Assembly: GCA_947629835.1 (NCBI GenBank)
Contig: CANRFH010000004.1
Span: 1 to 60,761 of the forward strand
Direction: 5' to 3'
Source: an uncultured Clostridia bacterium
GTDB taxonomy: Bacteria > Bacillota > Clostridia > TANB77 > CAG-508
DNA length: 60,761 nt
Position 1 is the stretch's first letter; each line of letters opens with the position of its first letter. The translations under genes were made by a program, and so were the position numbers. The notes below the pieces were generated by a model that saw only the letters and a program-made list of their open reading frames with translations, was not told the origin of the DNA and searched no databases. Below are positions 21,592 to 33,769 of this stretch, piece after piece.

Positions 21592-22857
21592 CTATTTTTC
21601 TATATCTTCTTCTAACTCATCTTTTTTCTTTTCTTCACCAGTTGAAAAAGCTGATTGCATCATTCTATATTTTTCAATAACTATATCTTGCAACATAGAA
21701 TAATCATGTTCGTCATTTACCTTGTTAAATGCTCTTGCTGTTTGCTCATCATTTATCAAACTTACTGGTGGTGGAACAATGCCTTTTGATAATAGCATAC
21801 TATTAAATAGGCATATCCCTGTTCTTTTGTTTCCATCTTCGTATGGTTGTACATAGATAAAATCAGCACATAGTCTTGTAATTTCTCTAATATAATCTTC
21901 CTGACTTTGATTGGCGCTATATATTTTTTCATATTCTGTTTGCAATCTTTGTATAGTTTTTGGGACTTCCTCAGGATGAATAGTTTGTATTATAGGTCTT
22001 TTACTTATGTTAGATTTAGAACCAAGTGTTACTTGTTTTTTTCTAAATTCTATTCTAGTCCTTATAGTACCTATAGTACTTCTCATTTCTTCTCTAAGTC
22101 TTTTACTTTCTTTTTCAATATCTATAACTTGTCCTTTTTCACTTTCAAAAGATACTAATGTCATTCTTACAATGTCTTCTAAATCTTTTAAACTTTCATA
22201 CTCTACTACACCTTTTTCTATTGTGTTATGGCACTTACTTAATGTTGGAAAAATATCATCTGGATTTTGTTCTATCTTTTCTCTTATCATATCTCTTATC
22301 TTTTTTTCATATGCATCCTCTAAGAGATTTTGATTATTAATTTTTCTATATCTAAAAGATTGAATGAATTTTTTTATTGGATTTTTTTCTCTTTCATAGT
22401 TATGTTTAAATTCTTCCTCTATAAATATATCATCCATTCTAGATTGTTTTTCGCCATATATAAAATCTTTCCACTTCTCATACTCTTCATAGGACGAAAT
22501 ATCTAATGTGTTTCCAAATAGCTCTTCCATAGTTTCATCATCAAATTGTAAAACGCCTTCACTATTTACCTTATCAAATAATCTTTCTGATTCTTGTCTA
22601 AACTGTGGAATTGTTTCAAAACCTTTATTATAAAATCTATGAGTTAAAAGCATCCCATCCATATCTAGCTCTGCAATAATCATTCTTTTTAAATATTCTT
22701 CTGTGCTATCATATTTTAGTTCTTCTGATAAAGTCTTTCCCATAGAAAATAAAGATTTTATTGCACCTATTCCATCTTCATTGATTCTTTCATAAAGTTT
22801 ATGTGCAGTAGATTTTATAGTATCCACCTTATTTGTTTTTCCTTCATTTTGCTCCAT
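21592..22857 (-). CDS. Fic-domain protein with a non-canonical active-site motif
   Basis: C-terminal FIYVQPYEDGNKRTG resembling HPFxDGNGRxxR. Confidence 0.75.
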   Translation of the reverse strand: MEQNEGKTNKVDTIKSTAHKLYERINEDGIGAIKSLFSMGKTLSEELKYDSTEEYLKRMIIAELDMDGMLLTHRFYNKGFETIPQFRQESERLFDKVNSEGVLQFDDETMEELFGNTLDISSYEEYEKWKDFIYGEKQSRMDDIFIEEEFKHNYEREKNPIKKFIQSFRYRKINNQNLLEDAYEKKIRDMIREKIEQNPDDIFPTLSKCHNTIEKGVVEYESLKDLEDIVRMTLVSFESEKGQVIDIEKESKRLREEMRSTIGTIRTRIEFRKKQVTLGSKSNISKRPIIQTIHPEEVPKTIQRLQTEYEKIYSANQSQEDYIREITRLCADFIYVQPYEDGNKRTGICLFNSMLLSKGIVPPPVSLINDEQTARAFNKVNDEHDYSMLQDIVIEKYRMMQSAFSTGEEKKKDELEEDIEK

Positions 22858-22907
22858 TTTAAATATCTCACCTTGTTCTTATGTATTTTAATATTTTCAT
22901 TAAATTT

Positions 22908-24419
22908 CTAATTATTTACACCGTGTGTAATCATAGGAGTACTTGAATTGATGCTACTGAATGTGTATCCATTCTTTAATCCATAATCTATTATATCACT
23001 AAGAGCATTTAATGTCTTCGTATTTCCACTAAAATCATGCATTAATACCATATTTGCTCTATTATGTTTTAACCCCTTAGTAACATTATTGTATACATCT
23101 TGTGATGTTTTTGCACCGCCAGCATCACCAGAAGAAACATTCCAGTCAAAATATTTGAATCCTCTTGCTACTACCTCTTTTGTAAGTACTGTCATAATTC
23201 CCTTGCAATATTTTCTGCTTACTGTATTAGAGCTTCCTCCTGGGAATCTAGTATATATACTAGTATATCCCGTAGTCTTTTTTATTTTTTCTTGAAGTTT
23301 TGTTATATTTTGCATATATGTATCTACTGATTGATATATTTCTTTATATTCATGTGAATAACCGTGTATTCCGATTGTATGTCCTTCATTAAATTCTCTC
23401 TTAACTAATTTTTCATTTGCTGAACTATAATTTAATATAAAGAATGTAGCTTTAACACCTTTTGCTTTTAAAATATCTAGAATCTTTGGTGTAATTGATG
23501 AAGATGGTCCGTCATCAAATGTTAAATATATAACTCCTGATTCACTACCTGCATTTGTATTTACATTAGGTTTACTTCCATCATAAACAACTACTGTTCT
23601 AGTTTTCTTTGCTTCATTTTCACTGTTATCCTTAACTGTATAAGTAATTGTATAGCTTCCTGATTTAGATGTATCAGCCTTTCCACTAGTTTGAATTTTA
23701 TCTGTTAAGTCTCCATCAATTTCGTCAGTTGCAGTTGCACCTTGTTCTGTATATTTTTCGTTTAATTGGATATAGACAGTAGACCCGCCTTTTAATTTTA
23801 TTGTAGGTGCTACTTTATCTATTAATTTAACTATTCTTTCTGCAGATCCAATATTATGAGAACTATCTTCTACTGTATAAATTAACTTATATTCTGTATT
23901 GCTAATTTCTTCTTTCGTAACTGTAACTGCTTCTTGTAAATCTTCGTTAGAATTGTCTGTAACTGTATATCCCTCTTCTTTATACTCTTTATTATATGAT
24001 ATTTCTTCTGTCTCATTTCCTGTAAGTGTAATGGTTGGTGCAGTAGTATCTACTATTTCAATTGTCTGCTCCTTAGTATAATTACCTAATATAGTTGGAA
24101 CTACATATTTTACTTTATAGCTTCCAACTTTATTAAAATTAACTTCTCCTTCTGTTTTCACTTTATCACTAATATCCATAAAATGATATTTAACAATAAC
24201 TTGATCTAGTTTTTCATTTACACCTACTTCATAGCTTATAGTATCTACTGTTTGAACAACAGGTTTTTCTACTACAAAAGTTGTACCTATTCCCAAAGCA
24301 AAAATAATGGTAGCTACTATAATAGAAATTTTTGCCCAATTCAATTTTTTAAGTCTATAAACTATGATTAAAGCAATCATAATTGATATATATATAATTG
24401 TCTCTACTAAATACAACAT
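22908..24419 (-). CDS. Membrane-anchored polysaccharide deacetylase with Ig-like (DUF5011-type) repeats
   Basis: YLTFDDGP, HGYSH, RFPGGS, DWNV, VLMHD; repeated D..AP.I.L.G domains. Confidence 0.88.
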   Translation of the reverse strand: MLYLVETIIYISIMIALIIVYRLKKLNWAKISIIVATIIFALGIGTTFVVEKPVVQTVDTISYEVGVNEKLDQVIVKYHFMDISDKVKTEGEVNFNKVGSYKVKYVVPTILGNYTKEQTIEIVDTTAPTITLTGNETEEISYNKEYKEEGYTVTDNSNEDLQEAVTVTKEEISNTEYKLIYTVEDSSHNIGSAERIVKLIDKVAPTIKLKGGSTVYIQLNEKYTEQGATATDEIDGDLTDKIQTSGKADTSKSGSYTITYTVKDNSENEAKKTRTVVVYDGSKPNVNTNAGSESGVIYLTFDDGPSSSITPKILDILKAKGVKATFFILNYSSANEKLVKREFNEGHTIGIHGYSHEYKEIYQSVDTYMQNITKLQEKIKKTTGYTSIYTRFPGGSSNTVSRKYCKGIMTVLTKEVVARGFKYFDWNVSSGDAGGAKTSQDVYNNVTKGLKHNRANMVLMHDFSGNTKTLNALSDIIDYGLKNGYTFSSINSSTPMITHGVNN

Positions 24420-24470
24420 TTCTTATTCCTTCTTTTATTAAATATCCTTTTTTAATTACTTAATATAAAA

Positions 24471-25521
24471 TTACATCTTCATAATTTCTTCTTTAAGTAC
24501 ACTAACTATTTTCTCTTGCTCTACTTTTCTAATAATCTGCCCTTTCTTAAATAAAAGTCCTTCTTTAATTCCTCCTGCAATTCCTATATCAGCATTTTTT
24601 GCTTCGCCTGGTCCATTTACTGCGCATCCCATTACTGCAACTGTAATATCTTTATCTATACCTTGCAAAAATTCTTCTACTTCCTTTGCAATAGGAATTA
24701 GATCAATTTGGGTTCTGCCACAAGTAGGACAAGATATCAATCTAGGCGATTTATTATATAAATTGCAATCTTTTAATATTTCTTTTGCAACTTTTATTTC
24801 TTCTACTGGATTGTCTGACAAAGATACTCTCATTGTATCTCCTATTCCTTGCCTTAGCAAAGTTCCAAGTCCTATACTTGATTTTATCGTTCCACTAAAT
24901 GCTGTTCCTGCCTCAGTAATTCCTAAATGCAAAGGATAATCAAATGCTTTACTTGCTTCTTCATATGCTTCTATACATAAGTCTAAATCTGATGCTTTCA
25001 GTGAAAGACATATATCATAAAAATTTAATTTTTCTAATATTTCTATATGTCTTCTTGCACTTTCGACCATTCCTTTTGCTGTTGGTTTGCCATCTACTAA
25101 TAAGTCTTTTTCAAGTGATCCACCATTTACACCTATTCTAATTGGTATCTTATGTATTTTGCAAGATTCTACAACCTTTTTTACTCGATCTTCGTCTCCG
25201 ATATTTCCTGGGTTTATACGTATTTTATCTACTCCACTTTCAATTGCTTCTAACGCTATTTTATAATCAAAATGTATATCTGCAACAATTGGGATATGTA
25301 TTCTTTTCTTTATTTCTTTTATTGCTTTTGCATCTTCTATATCTAGACAAGCAACTCTTACCATTTCACATCCTGCTTTTTCTAATTCTAGTATTTGACT
25401 TACTGTCGCTCCGCACGTCTTTTGTCTTTGTGTTTGTCATAGATTGTATAACTACTTTATTCTGCCCACCTATTTGCAAATCTTTTACCATTATTTTTCT
25501 AGTTTCAAATCTTTTACTCAT
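24471..25521 (-). CDS. ispG: 4-hydroxy-3-methylbut-2-en-1-yl diphosphate synthase, 349 aa with one CGGA site (25410-25413)
   Basis: ATG at 25521; IGG...IQSMTNT.T.DV[G][41 protein letters not shown]. Confidence 0.93.
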
Positions 25522-25564
25522 ATAATAGATTTCTCCTTATTTTTCTTTTCTATAAATCTATTTT

Positions 25565-27554
25565 TTAATTAATTTCCCAGTTCATTGCCTTCCAAAGTAC
25601 TCTATAAAAATCATTTTCAAGCATAAGTTTTGATATCTGATATTTATTGTATATCAATGAATTAATTTTTTCAATATATTCATTAATATTAAAATCTTTT
25701 TCTAATTCTTCTGATGGTTCAAATTTCTTTGTTATGCTTGAATATCTTCCGTTTGTCGGTTATAAAGCTTCTATTTGAATATATAACAAGTGGAGAAGAT
25801 GTCGAAAGTAAATCTCTTCCCATAAGAAGTCTTGAATCAAACTCTACTCCAAATAAATTTAGCATTGTAGGTAATATGTCTAGACTACTTGATAATTTAT
25901 CAACCTTTACTGGTTCTTTCATTTCACTATTCCAGATTAATGCTATCGAGTGATGTTTTTCAAATGTATCATCTCTTTCATAATCTGATAGTTCATTTAT
26001 CTCGTCTAATGTCAAGCCATAAGGATAGTGATCTCCACTAATTAGAATAACTGTATTTTCTAGCTCTCCTGCTGCCTCTAATCTTTCTATTAAAAGTTTT
26101 ACAGCTCTATCTAGTTCTAATTGTGCTGCTAGATATCCTTTTGCTCTTGTTGAATAGTCTAAGTCTTTAACTATATCCCAATTTTTTCTTACAATCGTAT
26201 TTCCCGTAGGTGTGTACTCTAAGTGACCACTTACAGTCATATAATATGCAATAAATTTACTGTCATCTTCTTTTAAATAATCACTTGTTGTAACATCTAT
26301 CATATCTATATCACTGCTTGGCCAGTTCTTTAAATTCATTCTTTTTTCTAGACCAGTACCTTTTGCTAAATATGAGTTATATCCCATAGTTTTTATATAT
26401 TTATCTCTGCTATAATATGTAGCTGTATGGTCGTGATAGCCCCAAGAAGAATATCCTTGTTTTTCAAAAATATTCGCATATGAATATGGCATATAATTTC
26501 CATCTAATACTTTTAAGCTCCATACTCCTTCTTTTGGAATTAAAGATGTATCTGTTATATATTCTCCATCTGCTGTACTTACAGGAAATAGCGGTGTATA
26601 GAAGTTATCAAATTGGAAACCTTCTGAATATAGCTTATATAGAGTTGGTGTAATTTCTTCATCAATTGCTAAATCTGTAAATGCTTCTGCAACAAATACT
26701 ACCAAGTTTTTTCCCTCAAACATTCCTGTATATTCATTTTTATTGCTTGGAGATGAATTTTTCATATATTCATAAATAGTTTTTATTTTACTGTTCTTTT
26801 CATTTTCTATTAAATTATCCCAATTAATATCTAATTCATTATATTCTACTTTTTCTTCAAGTTTAGGAGCTTCATCCTCTGAATCACTATCTTCTACATC
26901 TAAATTTACAACCTCTGATATATCTTCTTCAAACCCAAAGAATAACCTTTGTAAATCTAGTCTCATTGTTGTCATTATTCCCATTTTATTGGCTGAAAGT
27001 GTTGGAGAATTTACTTTACTGTATAGATTTTTGCCTGAATATAAATCATTAGAACTTAAAAACAATAAGCAAAGTAAGGCAATGATTTGTGCGATTATTC
27101 CAATTACAAGCACTATTAATCTTGCCTTTAAATTTATTTTTTCAAAGTCTAATACTTTAAATTTGTGAAGTAAAATTAATGCGATAAGTGGAAGTACCAT
27201 AAGTAGTATTATATACCAGTTATTTAAAGCTACTTCAAATATTGTATTTGCAAATTGCCATATCTGCCCACCAGCATTTGCTGCTGAATAAAAAGATATT
27301 ATTGCTTGATATATGTTATAGTAAATAAATTGTGCTATAAATATTGAAATGATGATAAGCGTAATAAAATAAGTAGCAAATATATCCCATTTCCTACTTA
27401 TTGTACTTATTAAGTATAGAACTACTGCAATTGGAATAGAAAATAATATTACATAACCTATATTTGTAATTTCATTAAATATGTTTGCTGAAAATATTAC
27501 TTCTTCATAAACTATTAATAATATTAAAAATATTAGACTCTTAAATTTTTTCAT
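25565..27554 (-). CDS. LTA synthase/sulfatase family membrane protein, 662 aa with one CGGA site (25748-25751)
   Basis: Five TMs, GKNL..FVAE, TADGEY, GDHYPY, GRDLLS; after the shift SFITDK[G]RY...ENDFYR to TAA at 25565. Confidence 0.85.
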
Positions 27555-27621
27555 TTTATTTTCCTATCTTTAATACATATATATATGGTATAGTATATCA
27601 AATATATGTATTTTTTTCAAT

Positions 27622-27662
27622 AAAAAAAGAGTAATAAACTTAAATGTTATTACTCTTTTTTT
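27622..27662. terminator. Intrinsic terminator
   Basis: AAAAAAAGAGTAATAA...TTATTACTCTTTTTTT. Confidence 0.7.
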
Positions 27663-27670
27663 GTCTTTTT

Positions 27671-28549
27671 TTAAACTTCGATTAATTCATATTCTTTATT
27701 TCCAATGCCTAGTTCATATGCTGCATCTATTGTATGTGTTCCTTGTCTTGAATTTATTCTTTCTAATAAATGATCTCTTCCTGGATCATCAGATTTTTTT
27801 ACTAAATCAATACAAGCTTGGTCAATTGCAACAGGATCCAAAGAAGCTAAAATTCCGATATCTTTCATGCAAGGATCTTCTGCTACATTACAGCAGTCAC
27901 AGTCTACTGACATATTGCACATAACGTTTATATATGCTATATTTTCTCCAAAATGTCTTACAACTGATGAAGCAGCATCAGCCATTGATTCTAGGAACTT
28001 TATTTGGTCTGTTTTAAACATATCTTCATAAGAACCATTTTCTGCTCCTGCACAATGAATATATCTTTTTCCTTTACCTGATGCAACTCCTATTGATAAT
28101 TGTTTTAATGCTCCTCCAAATCCACCCATTGGATGACCTTTAAAATGTGAAAGAACTAACATTGAATCATAATTTTTTAAATTTTTACCAACATAGTTTT
28201 TCTTGATAACTTTTCCATCTGGTATTTCTAGAACATCATCTGGTCCTTCTGCATCCATAATATCTACTGTAAAATACTTAGACCATTCGTGGCTTTCCAT
28301 TAGTTTTAAATGCTTTTCTGTTGTATCTCTTGCTCCATCATATGCAGTATTGCATTCAACTACTGTTCCATTAAGATACTCTACCATAGGTTTTACAAAT
28401 TGAGGACGAAGGTAGTTTTGGTTTCCTTCCTCACCAGAATGAAGTTTTATAGCAATTTTTCCTGGTAAGTTTTTATTTAGCATTTTAAACATCTTTACTA
28501 CACTTTCTGGTGTAAGCTCTCTTGTAAAATACACTTTAGACTTTGACAT
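27671..28549 (-). CDS. DUF362 domain protein
   Basis: IKLHSGE.GN, SHFKGH..GGFGGALK, CDC, DPVAIDQAC. Confidence 0.82.
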   Translation of the reverse strand: MSKSKVYFTRELTPESVVKMFKMLNKNLPGKIAIKLHSGEEGNQNYLRPQFVKPMVEYLNGTVVECNTAYDGARDTTEKHLKLMESHEWSKYFTVDIMDAEGPDDVLEIPDGKVIKKNYVGKNLKNYDSMLVLSHFKGHPMGGFGGALKQLSIGVASGKGKRYIHCAGAENGSYEDMFKTDQIKFLESMADAASSVVRHFGENIAYINVMCNMSVDCDCCNVAEDPCMKDIGILASLDPVAIDQACIDLVKKSDDPGRDHLLERINSRQGTHTIDAAYELGIGNKEYELIEV

Positions 28550-28633
28550 ATTATATCAATCCTTTCTCTTATTAAATTCTACACTATTTCTATATACAAT
28601 ATACATTTATAAATCAGTTTAGTCAAGTATTTT

Positions 28634-30845
28634 TTAGAATGTTTTAATTCTTCTCAATCTCAAAGCATTTAATATAACTGTTATGCTACTTAATACCATA
28701 GCTAAACTTGCTATCATTGGGTTTATAGATATGCCAAATGGTTTAAGTATTCCTATTGCTATTGGTATCATTAAGAAGTTATAGAAAAATGCCCAAAATA
28801 GATTTTGTTTAATATTTCTCATTGTTTTTTTACTAATTTTTATTAAATTTATTATGCTCTCTAAATCAGACCTTGTAAGTATTACATCTGATGAATCCAT
28901 TGCTATATCAGTTCCAGTGTTTACACTTACTCCAATATCTGCTGAGGTCAAAGCTGGGCTATCATTTATTCCGGTCTCCACACATCATTACAAATTTGTT
29001 TTCTTTTTTCAAATTCTTTACTGTTTCTGCTTTTTCAGTAGGCATAACATTTGCAATTACTTTTGTTATACCTATATCTTTTGCAATGATTGAAGCTGTT
29101 TCTTTATTATCTCCTGTTAGCATTATTGTTTCGATTTTATTTTTGTTTAAATATGAAATAACCTCTTTTGCATTTTCTCTTACAATATCGTTGATTCCAA
29201 TAATTGCAGATATTTCTTTATTTGTCACAACATATACTATGCTATTTCCACTTTCAGATAATTTTTTTTCATCTTCTAAATGGTTATTTTCTATATTATA
29301 ATTTGAAAGTAATTTTGAATTTCCAACTAATATTTCCTTATCTTCTACTTCTGCTTTTAATCCTAATCCTGATAGATTTTCAAAATTAGTAGTTTCTAAT
29401 GGTTTTAAATTTTTTTCTTCTAAATAGTCTGTAAATGCTTTACTAATCGGATGAGTAGATTTTGTTTCTATACTTCCAACTATTTGTAATAATTTTTCTT
29501 CTTCTATATTGCTATAATTTATCACTTTTGCAATTCTCAATTTTCCATAAGTTAATGTTCCTGTTTTATCAAATACTATTGTATCAACTTTCTCTGCATT
29601 TTCAAGTATCTCACTTTTTTTAACTAATATTCCATTTCCTGCACACAAGCCTTCCGAAACAACTATTGCAAGTGGTGTTGCTAATCCTAAACTACAAGGG
29701 CAAGCTACAACTAGTACAGTAACAAATGTTGTAAGTGCTGCATCTATTCCTTGACCTAAAATTAAGTACGTAATAAATGTTAAAATTGCAATAATTATTA
29801 CTACTGGCACAAATATTCCTGATACTTTGTCTGCTACTTTTGCGATTGGTGCTTTTGTTCCTGCTGCTTCTACAACTAATTTTACAATTTCTGATATTGT
29901 AGAATCTCTTCCAATTCTTTCTGCTTCATATTCTATATATCCATCATAGTTTATACTTCCTGCAATAACTGCATCTCCTACTTCTCTTGAAACTGGCTTA
30001 CTTTCTCCTGTTATAAACGACTCATCAAGATGGGCTTTTCCAAATATTATCTTACCATCAACTGCTATCTTTTCTCCCGGTCTTGCTATAACTATATCTC
30101 CCTTTTTTATTTCGTCTAGCGTTACTTTCTTCTCTACTCCATCTACCTTTATAACTGCTGAATCTGGAGTTATTTTTACAAGCTCACCTATTGCCTCTTT
30201 TGTTTTATCTTTACTTATACCATCTAAATATCTTCCAAGTTTTATGAAATATATAACTATTGCAGCTGATTCAAAGTATAAATTCATAACTTGATTATGG
30301 TTTCCTTGAAATACCATATACATGTTGTATAAGCTATATGATAAACTTGCTAAAACACCTATACCAACTAATGTATCCATATTTGGTGTTCTATGAATTA
30401 AATTTTTATATCCATTTTTTAAAATATCAAATCCATACCATAAGAAAGCTATTGTAAGCACTAGTAATGCTATCATGTAATTTGTACTATTTGTATGAGG
30501 ACTTAAAAATTCTGGTACAGGCAGATTTATCATGTGTCCCATTGAAATATACATAAGTAGAATTGCAAGTACAGTATAAATTATAAATTTAATTGTTTCT
30601 TTCTTACTCTTTCCTTCAAGCTTTATTTCTTTAAACTCACCTAGTGATTTAAAACCTGCTTGTTTTACAAATTCATTTAAGTCTTCTACATTTAAAATGC
30701 TATCATCATATTCGATGCTAGCATTTGCCATTACTAAATTAACTTGGGCCATCTTTATTCCCTTTTGCTTATTTAGGTACTTTTCTAATCCATTAGAACA
30801 AGCAGAACAGGTCATTCCGTCAATGGCTAAAATAATTTTTTTCAT
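28634..30845 (-). CDS. copA: Heavy-metal (Cu+) P1B-type ATPase, 736 aa with one CGGA site (28970-28973)
   Basis: GMTCSAC, TGES, CPC, DKTGT, HP, MLTGD, GD[G]INDSPAL, YN..IP, MVLSS. Confidence 0.92.
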
Positions 30846-30872
30846 TACACATATTCCTCGTTTCTTATATGT

Positions 30873-31076
30873 CTATTTTACCTCAAAACCAATGTCTTCT
30901 ATTTTTTCTTTAATAGTTTTTTCGTCTACTTCTTTATTTAAGGTAACCTTTACAGTTCCATTTTCATGGTTTGCGATAACTTCCTCAACACCATCTATTG
31001 TCTTTAAAGCATTTTGTACTCTATTTTCACAGCCATTACATACCATACCTTCTACATTAAAAATTAATTCCTTCAT
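30873..31076 (-). CDS. copZ: Copper chaperone (HMA domain)
   Basis: 67 aa, GMVCNGC, upstream of copA. Confidence 0.9.
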   Translation of the reverse strand: MKELIFNVEGMVCNGCENRVQNALKTIDGVEEVIANHENGTVKVTLNKEVDEKTIKEKIEDIGFEVK

Positions 31077-31199
31077 AATTTTAATCTCCTCCTATATTAT
31101 TTGTTAGACTACTCTAACATTATATTATTATAATCTTAGTTTGTCAATATTTTGGTAAATTATCCAAGTGATTTAGCATGTGTTTCTCCTTTTGTAGGG

Positions 31200-32390
31200 T
31201 TAATTCTTTGTATAAACTAATTCCTTTTCATTATTAATCTCTACTCTATTTCCAAAGCTTGTCTCTTCTGTGTGTCCAATTATTGCACTTTCTATATTAA
31301 ATCCATTTGCAATCTCAATAATTTTTTTAGCATCTTCTTCTGTTTCTACAATAATTTCCATACCTATTCCCATATTAAATGTTTGATACATATAATAATT
31401 GCTTATATTTTTTGTTTCTTTTATTGTTTTAAATATAGGCGGAATTTTTATTTTATTTGCATTGTCTTTTATGTATGCAATATTTTTTCCAAAGTTTATA
31501 GATTTTGTTAATCCTCCACCTGAGCAATGAATTATTCCGCTTATATTAATATGTTTTTCCCTTATCTTTTGAAGCACTGGTAGAAATGTTCTTGTAGGTG
31601 ATAAAATTGCTTCTACAATGCTCAAACTTGTTCCTTCTAATCTATCTTCTAAATGATATTTACCTGTAAATAAATTTTCCTCTTCTACTGTTTGATCCAT
31701 TACTTCTTTATATTTACGATAATCTGGATGTAGTAATGCATTTATTGCAAGTGTTAATCCATTACTTCTAATTCCAGAGTTTTCTTTATCTTCGTAAGTA
31801 CTTTTTCCGGAAGATGCAAGTCCAACAATATATTCATTAGGTTTAATATTATTACAATCAATTATATCTTCTTTAAGAATTGTTGCACAAGCTGTTACAT
31901 CAATTCCAACTGTTGTCGTATAGCTACCAACATCTGCTGTTTCTCCCCCTGCATTATATAGACTTATTCCTAAGTTTTCCATTTTTTTAAAAAAGTCTGA
32001 ATATCCCCCAATAATTTCTGATAAACATTCATCATCTATTCTATTTGCATTTCTAGCAATATGATTTGAAATATATATATCATCAGTAATTCCAACACAT
32101 GCCATATCATCTGTATTCATAACAACAGCATCTTGTGGCAAACTTCTTAAAAACTTCGTCCCAAGTCCTTCTTTGTATGCTATATATGCAACATTGCTCT
32201 TTGTTCCAACTCCATCAGAATGAATTATTTGTGCATATTTTTCCTTTATTTCTTCTGGAAAAGAATTTGCAACAGGAACTATTTGACAAAAAGCACCTGG
32301 GTATAACCCCTTCGATAGATTTTTTATAGCCTTATGTACGCCTTCTTTTTTAGAAGATACTCCTAAATTTGAATATGGATCTTTACTCAT
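31200..32390 (-). CDS. purM: Phosphoribosylformylglycinamidine cyclo-ligase (long PurM type)
   Basis: GVSSKKE.VH, HSDGVGTK, GGETADVG, RSNGLT, HCSGGG, FNMG. Confidence 0.85.
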   Translation of the reverse strand: MSKDPYSNLGVSSKKEGVHKAIKNLSKGLYPGAFCQIVPVANSFPEEIKEKYAQIIHSDGVGTKSNVAYIAYKEGLGTKFLRSLPQDAVVMNTDDMACVGITDDIYISNHIARNANRIDDECLSEIIGGYSDFFKKMENLGISLYNAGGETADVGSYTTTVGIDVTACATILKEDIIDCNNIKPNEYIVGLASSGKSTYEDKENSGIRSNGLTLAINALLHPDYRKYKEVMDQTVEEENLFTGKYHLEDRLEGTSLSIVEAILSPTRTFLPVLQKIREKHINISGIIHCSGGGLTKSINFGKNIAYIKDNANKIKIPPIFKTIKETKNISNYYMYQTFNMGIGMEIIVETEEDAKKIIEIANGFNIESAIIGHTEETSFGNRVEINNEKELVYTKN

Positions 32391-32406
32391 TAACTACCTC
32401 CTAAGA

Positions 32407-33654
32407 TTAGTTGTATAATGGATATTTTTCGCAAATTTTTGCAACTCTTGATCTTATTTCATCTTGTTTATCTTCATAATTTTCTACTGTCATATTTATA
32501 AGTCTTGCAATTTCTACCATATCTTCTTCTTTAAAGCCTCTTGTTGTAACTGCTGGTGTTCCAACTCTTATTCCACTTGTTATTGTTGGCTTTTCCGTAT
32601 CAAATGGTACAGCATTTTTATTTACTGTTATTCCAACATTATCTAATCTTGTTTCTAGCTCTTTTCCTGTAATATGTTTACTTCTTAGATCCATTAAGAT
32701 CAAATGATTATCTGTTCCTCCTGATACCAAATCAAATCCTAATTTTAATAATTCTTCAGATAATACTTTTGCATTTTTTACTATTTGTTTTTGATATTCT
32801 TTAAATTCTGGTTTTAATGCTTCTCCAAAACAAACTGCCTTTGCTGCTATAACATGCATTAAAGGTCCACCTTGTGTTCCTGGGAATATTGCCTTATCTA
32901 TCTTTTTTGCATACTCTTCTTTGCAAAGTATTAGTCCACCTCTTGGTCCACGAAGTGTTTTATGTGTTGTAGATGTAACTATATCTGCATATTTTACAGG
33001 GTTTTGATGAAGACCTGCTGCAACTAATCCTGCAATATGTGCCATATCTACCATAAAAATACTTCCTACTTTATCTGCAATTTTTCTTATTCTTTCAAAG
33101 TCTATCTCCCTTGGATAAGCACTTGCTCCTGCAAGTATAAGTTTTGGTTTATTCTCTATTGCTAATCTTTCTAATTCATCATAATCTATTCTTCCTGTTT
33201 CTTTATCTAGTCCATAAGGTATAAAATTATATAACTTTCCTGATGCATTTACAGGACTTCCATGTGTTAAATGTCCACCATGTGATAGATTCATTCCTAA
33301 AACTGTATCTCCCGCTTCTAACACAGCAAAATATACAGCCATATTTGCTTGAGCTCCTGAATGAGGCTGAACATTTGCATGTTCTGCTCCAAATATCTTT
33401 TTAACTCTTTCTCTTGCTAAATTTTCTGCAACATCTACATATTCGCATCCGCCATAATATCTTGAAGCTGGATATCCTTCTGCATATTTATTTGTCATAT
33501 AGCTTCCCATTGCTTCCATTACAGAATTGCTCACAAAATTTTCAGATGCTATTAATTCTATTTTATTTTGTTGTCTTTTGAGTTCGTTTTGTATTGCTTC
33601 ATAAACTTCATAATCTGTTTTCTTTAAATTTTCAAAACTTGGCACATCTATCAC
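32407..33654 (-). CDS. glyA: Serine hydroxymethyltransferase
   Basis: [31 protein letters not shown]. Confidence 0.97.
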   Translation of the reverse strand: MIDVPSFENLKKTDYEVYEAIQNELKRQQNKIELIASENFVSNSVMEAMGSYMTNKYAEGYPASRYYGGCEYVDVAENLARERVKKIFGAEHANVQPHSGAQANMAVYFAVLEAGDTVLGMNLSHGGHLTHGSPVNASGKLYNFIPYGLDKETGRIDYDELERLAIENKPKLILAGASAYPREIDFERIRKIADKVGSIFMVDMAHIAGLVAAGLHQNPVKYADIVTSTTHKTLRGPRGGLILCKEEYAKKIDKAIFPGTQGGPLMHVIAAKAVCFGEALKPEFKEYQKQIVKNAKVLSEELLKLGFDLVSGGTDNHLILMDLRSKHITGKELETRLDNVGITVNKNAVPFDTEKPTITSGIRVGTPAVTTRGFKEEDMVEIARLINMTVENYEDKQDEIRSRVAKICEKYPLYN

Positions 33655-33724
33655 TCCTTATATTTTTATATGGTTATTATATAATAAATAATAGGTAGTG
33701 TAAATAGATTTTAGAAGAATTTGC

Positions 33725-33758
33725 AAAAACCACACTCAGCAATTTTGAGTGTGGTTTT
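33725..33758. terminator. Intrinsic terminator
   Basis: AAAACCACACTCA-GCAATTT-TGAGTGTGGTTTT. Confidence 0.75.
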
Positions 33759-33769
33759 ATTTATTCGTT

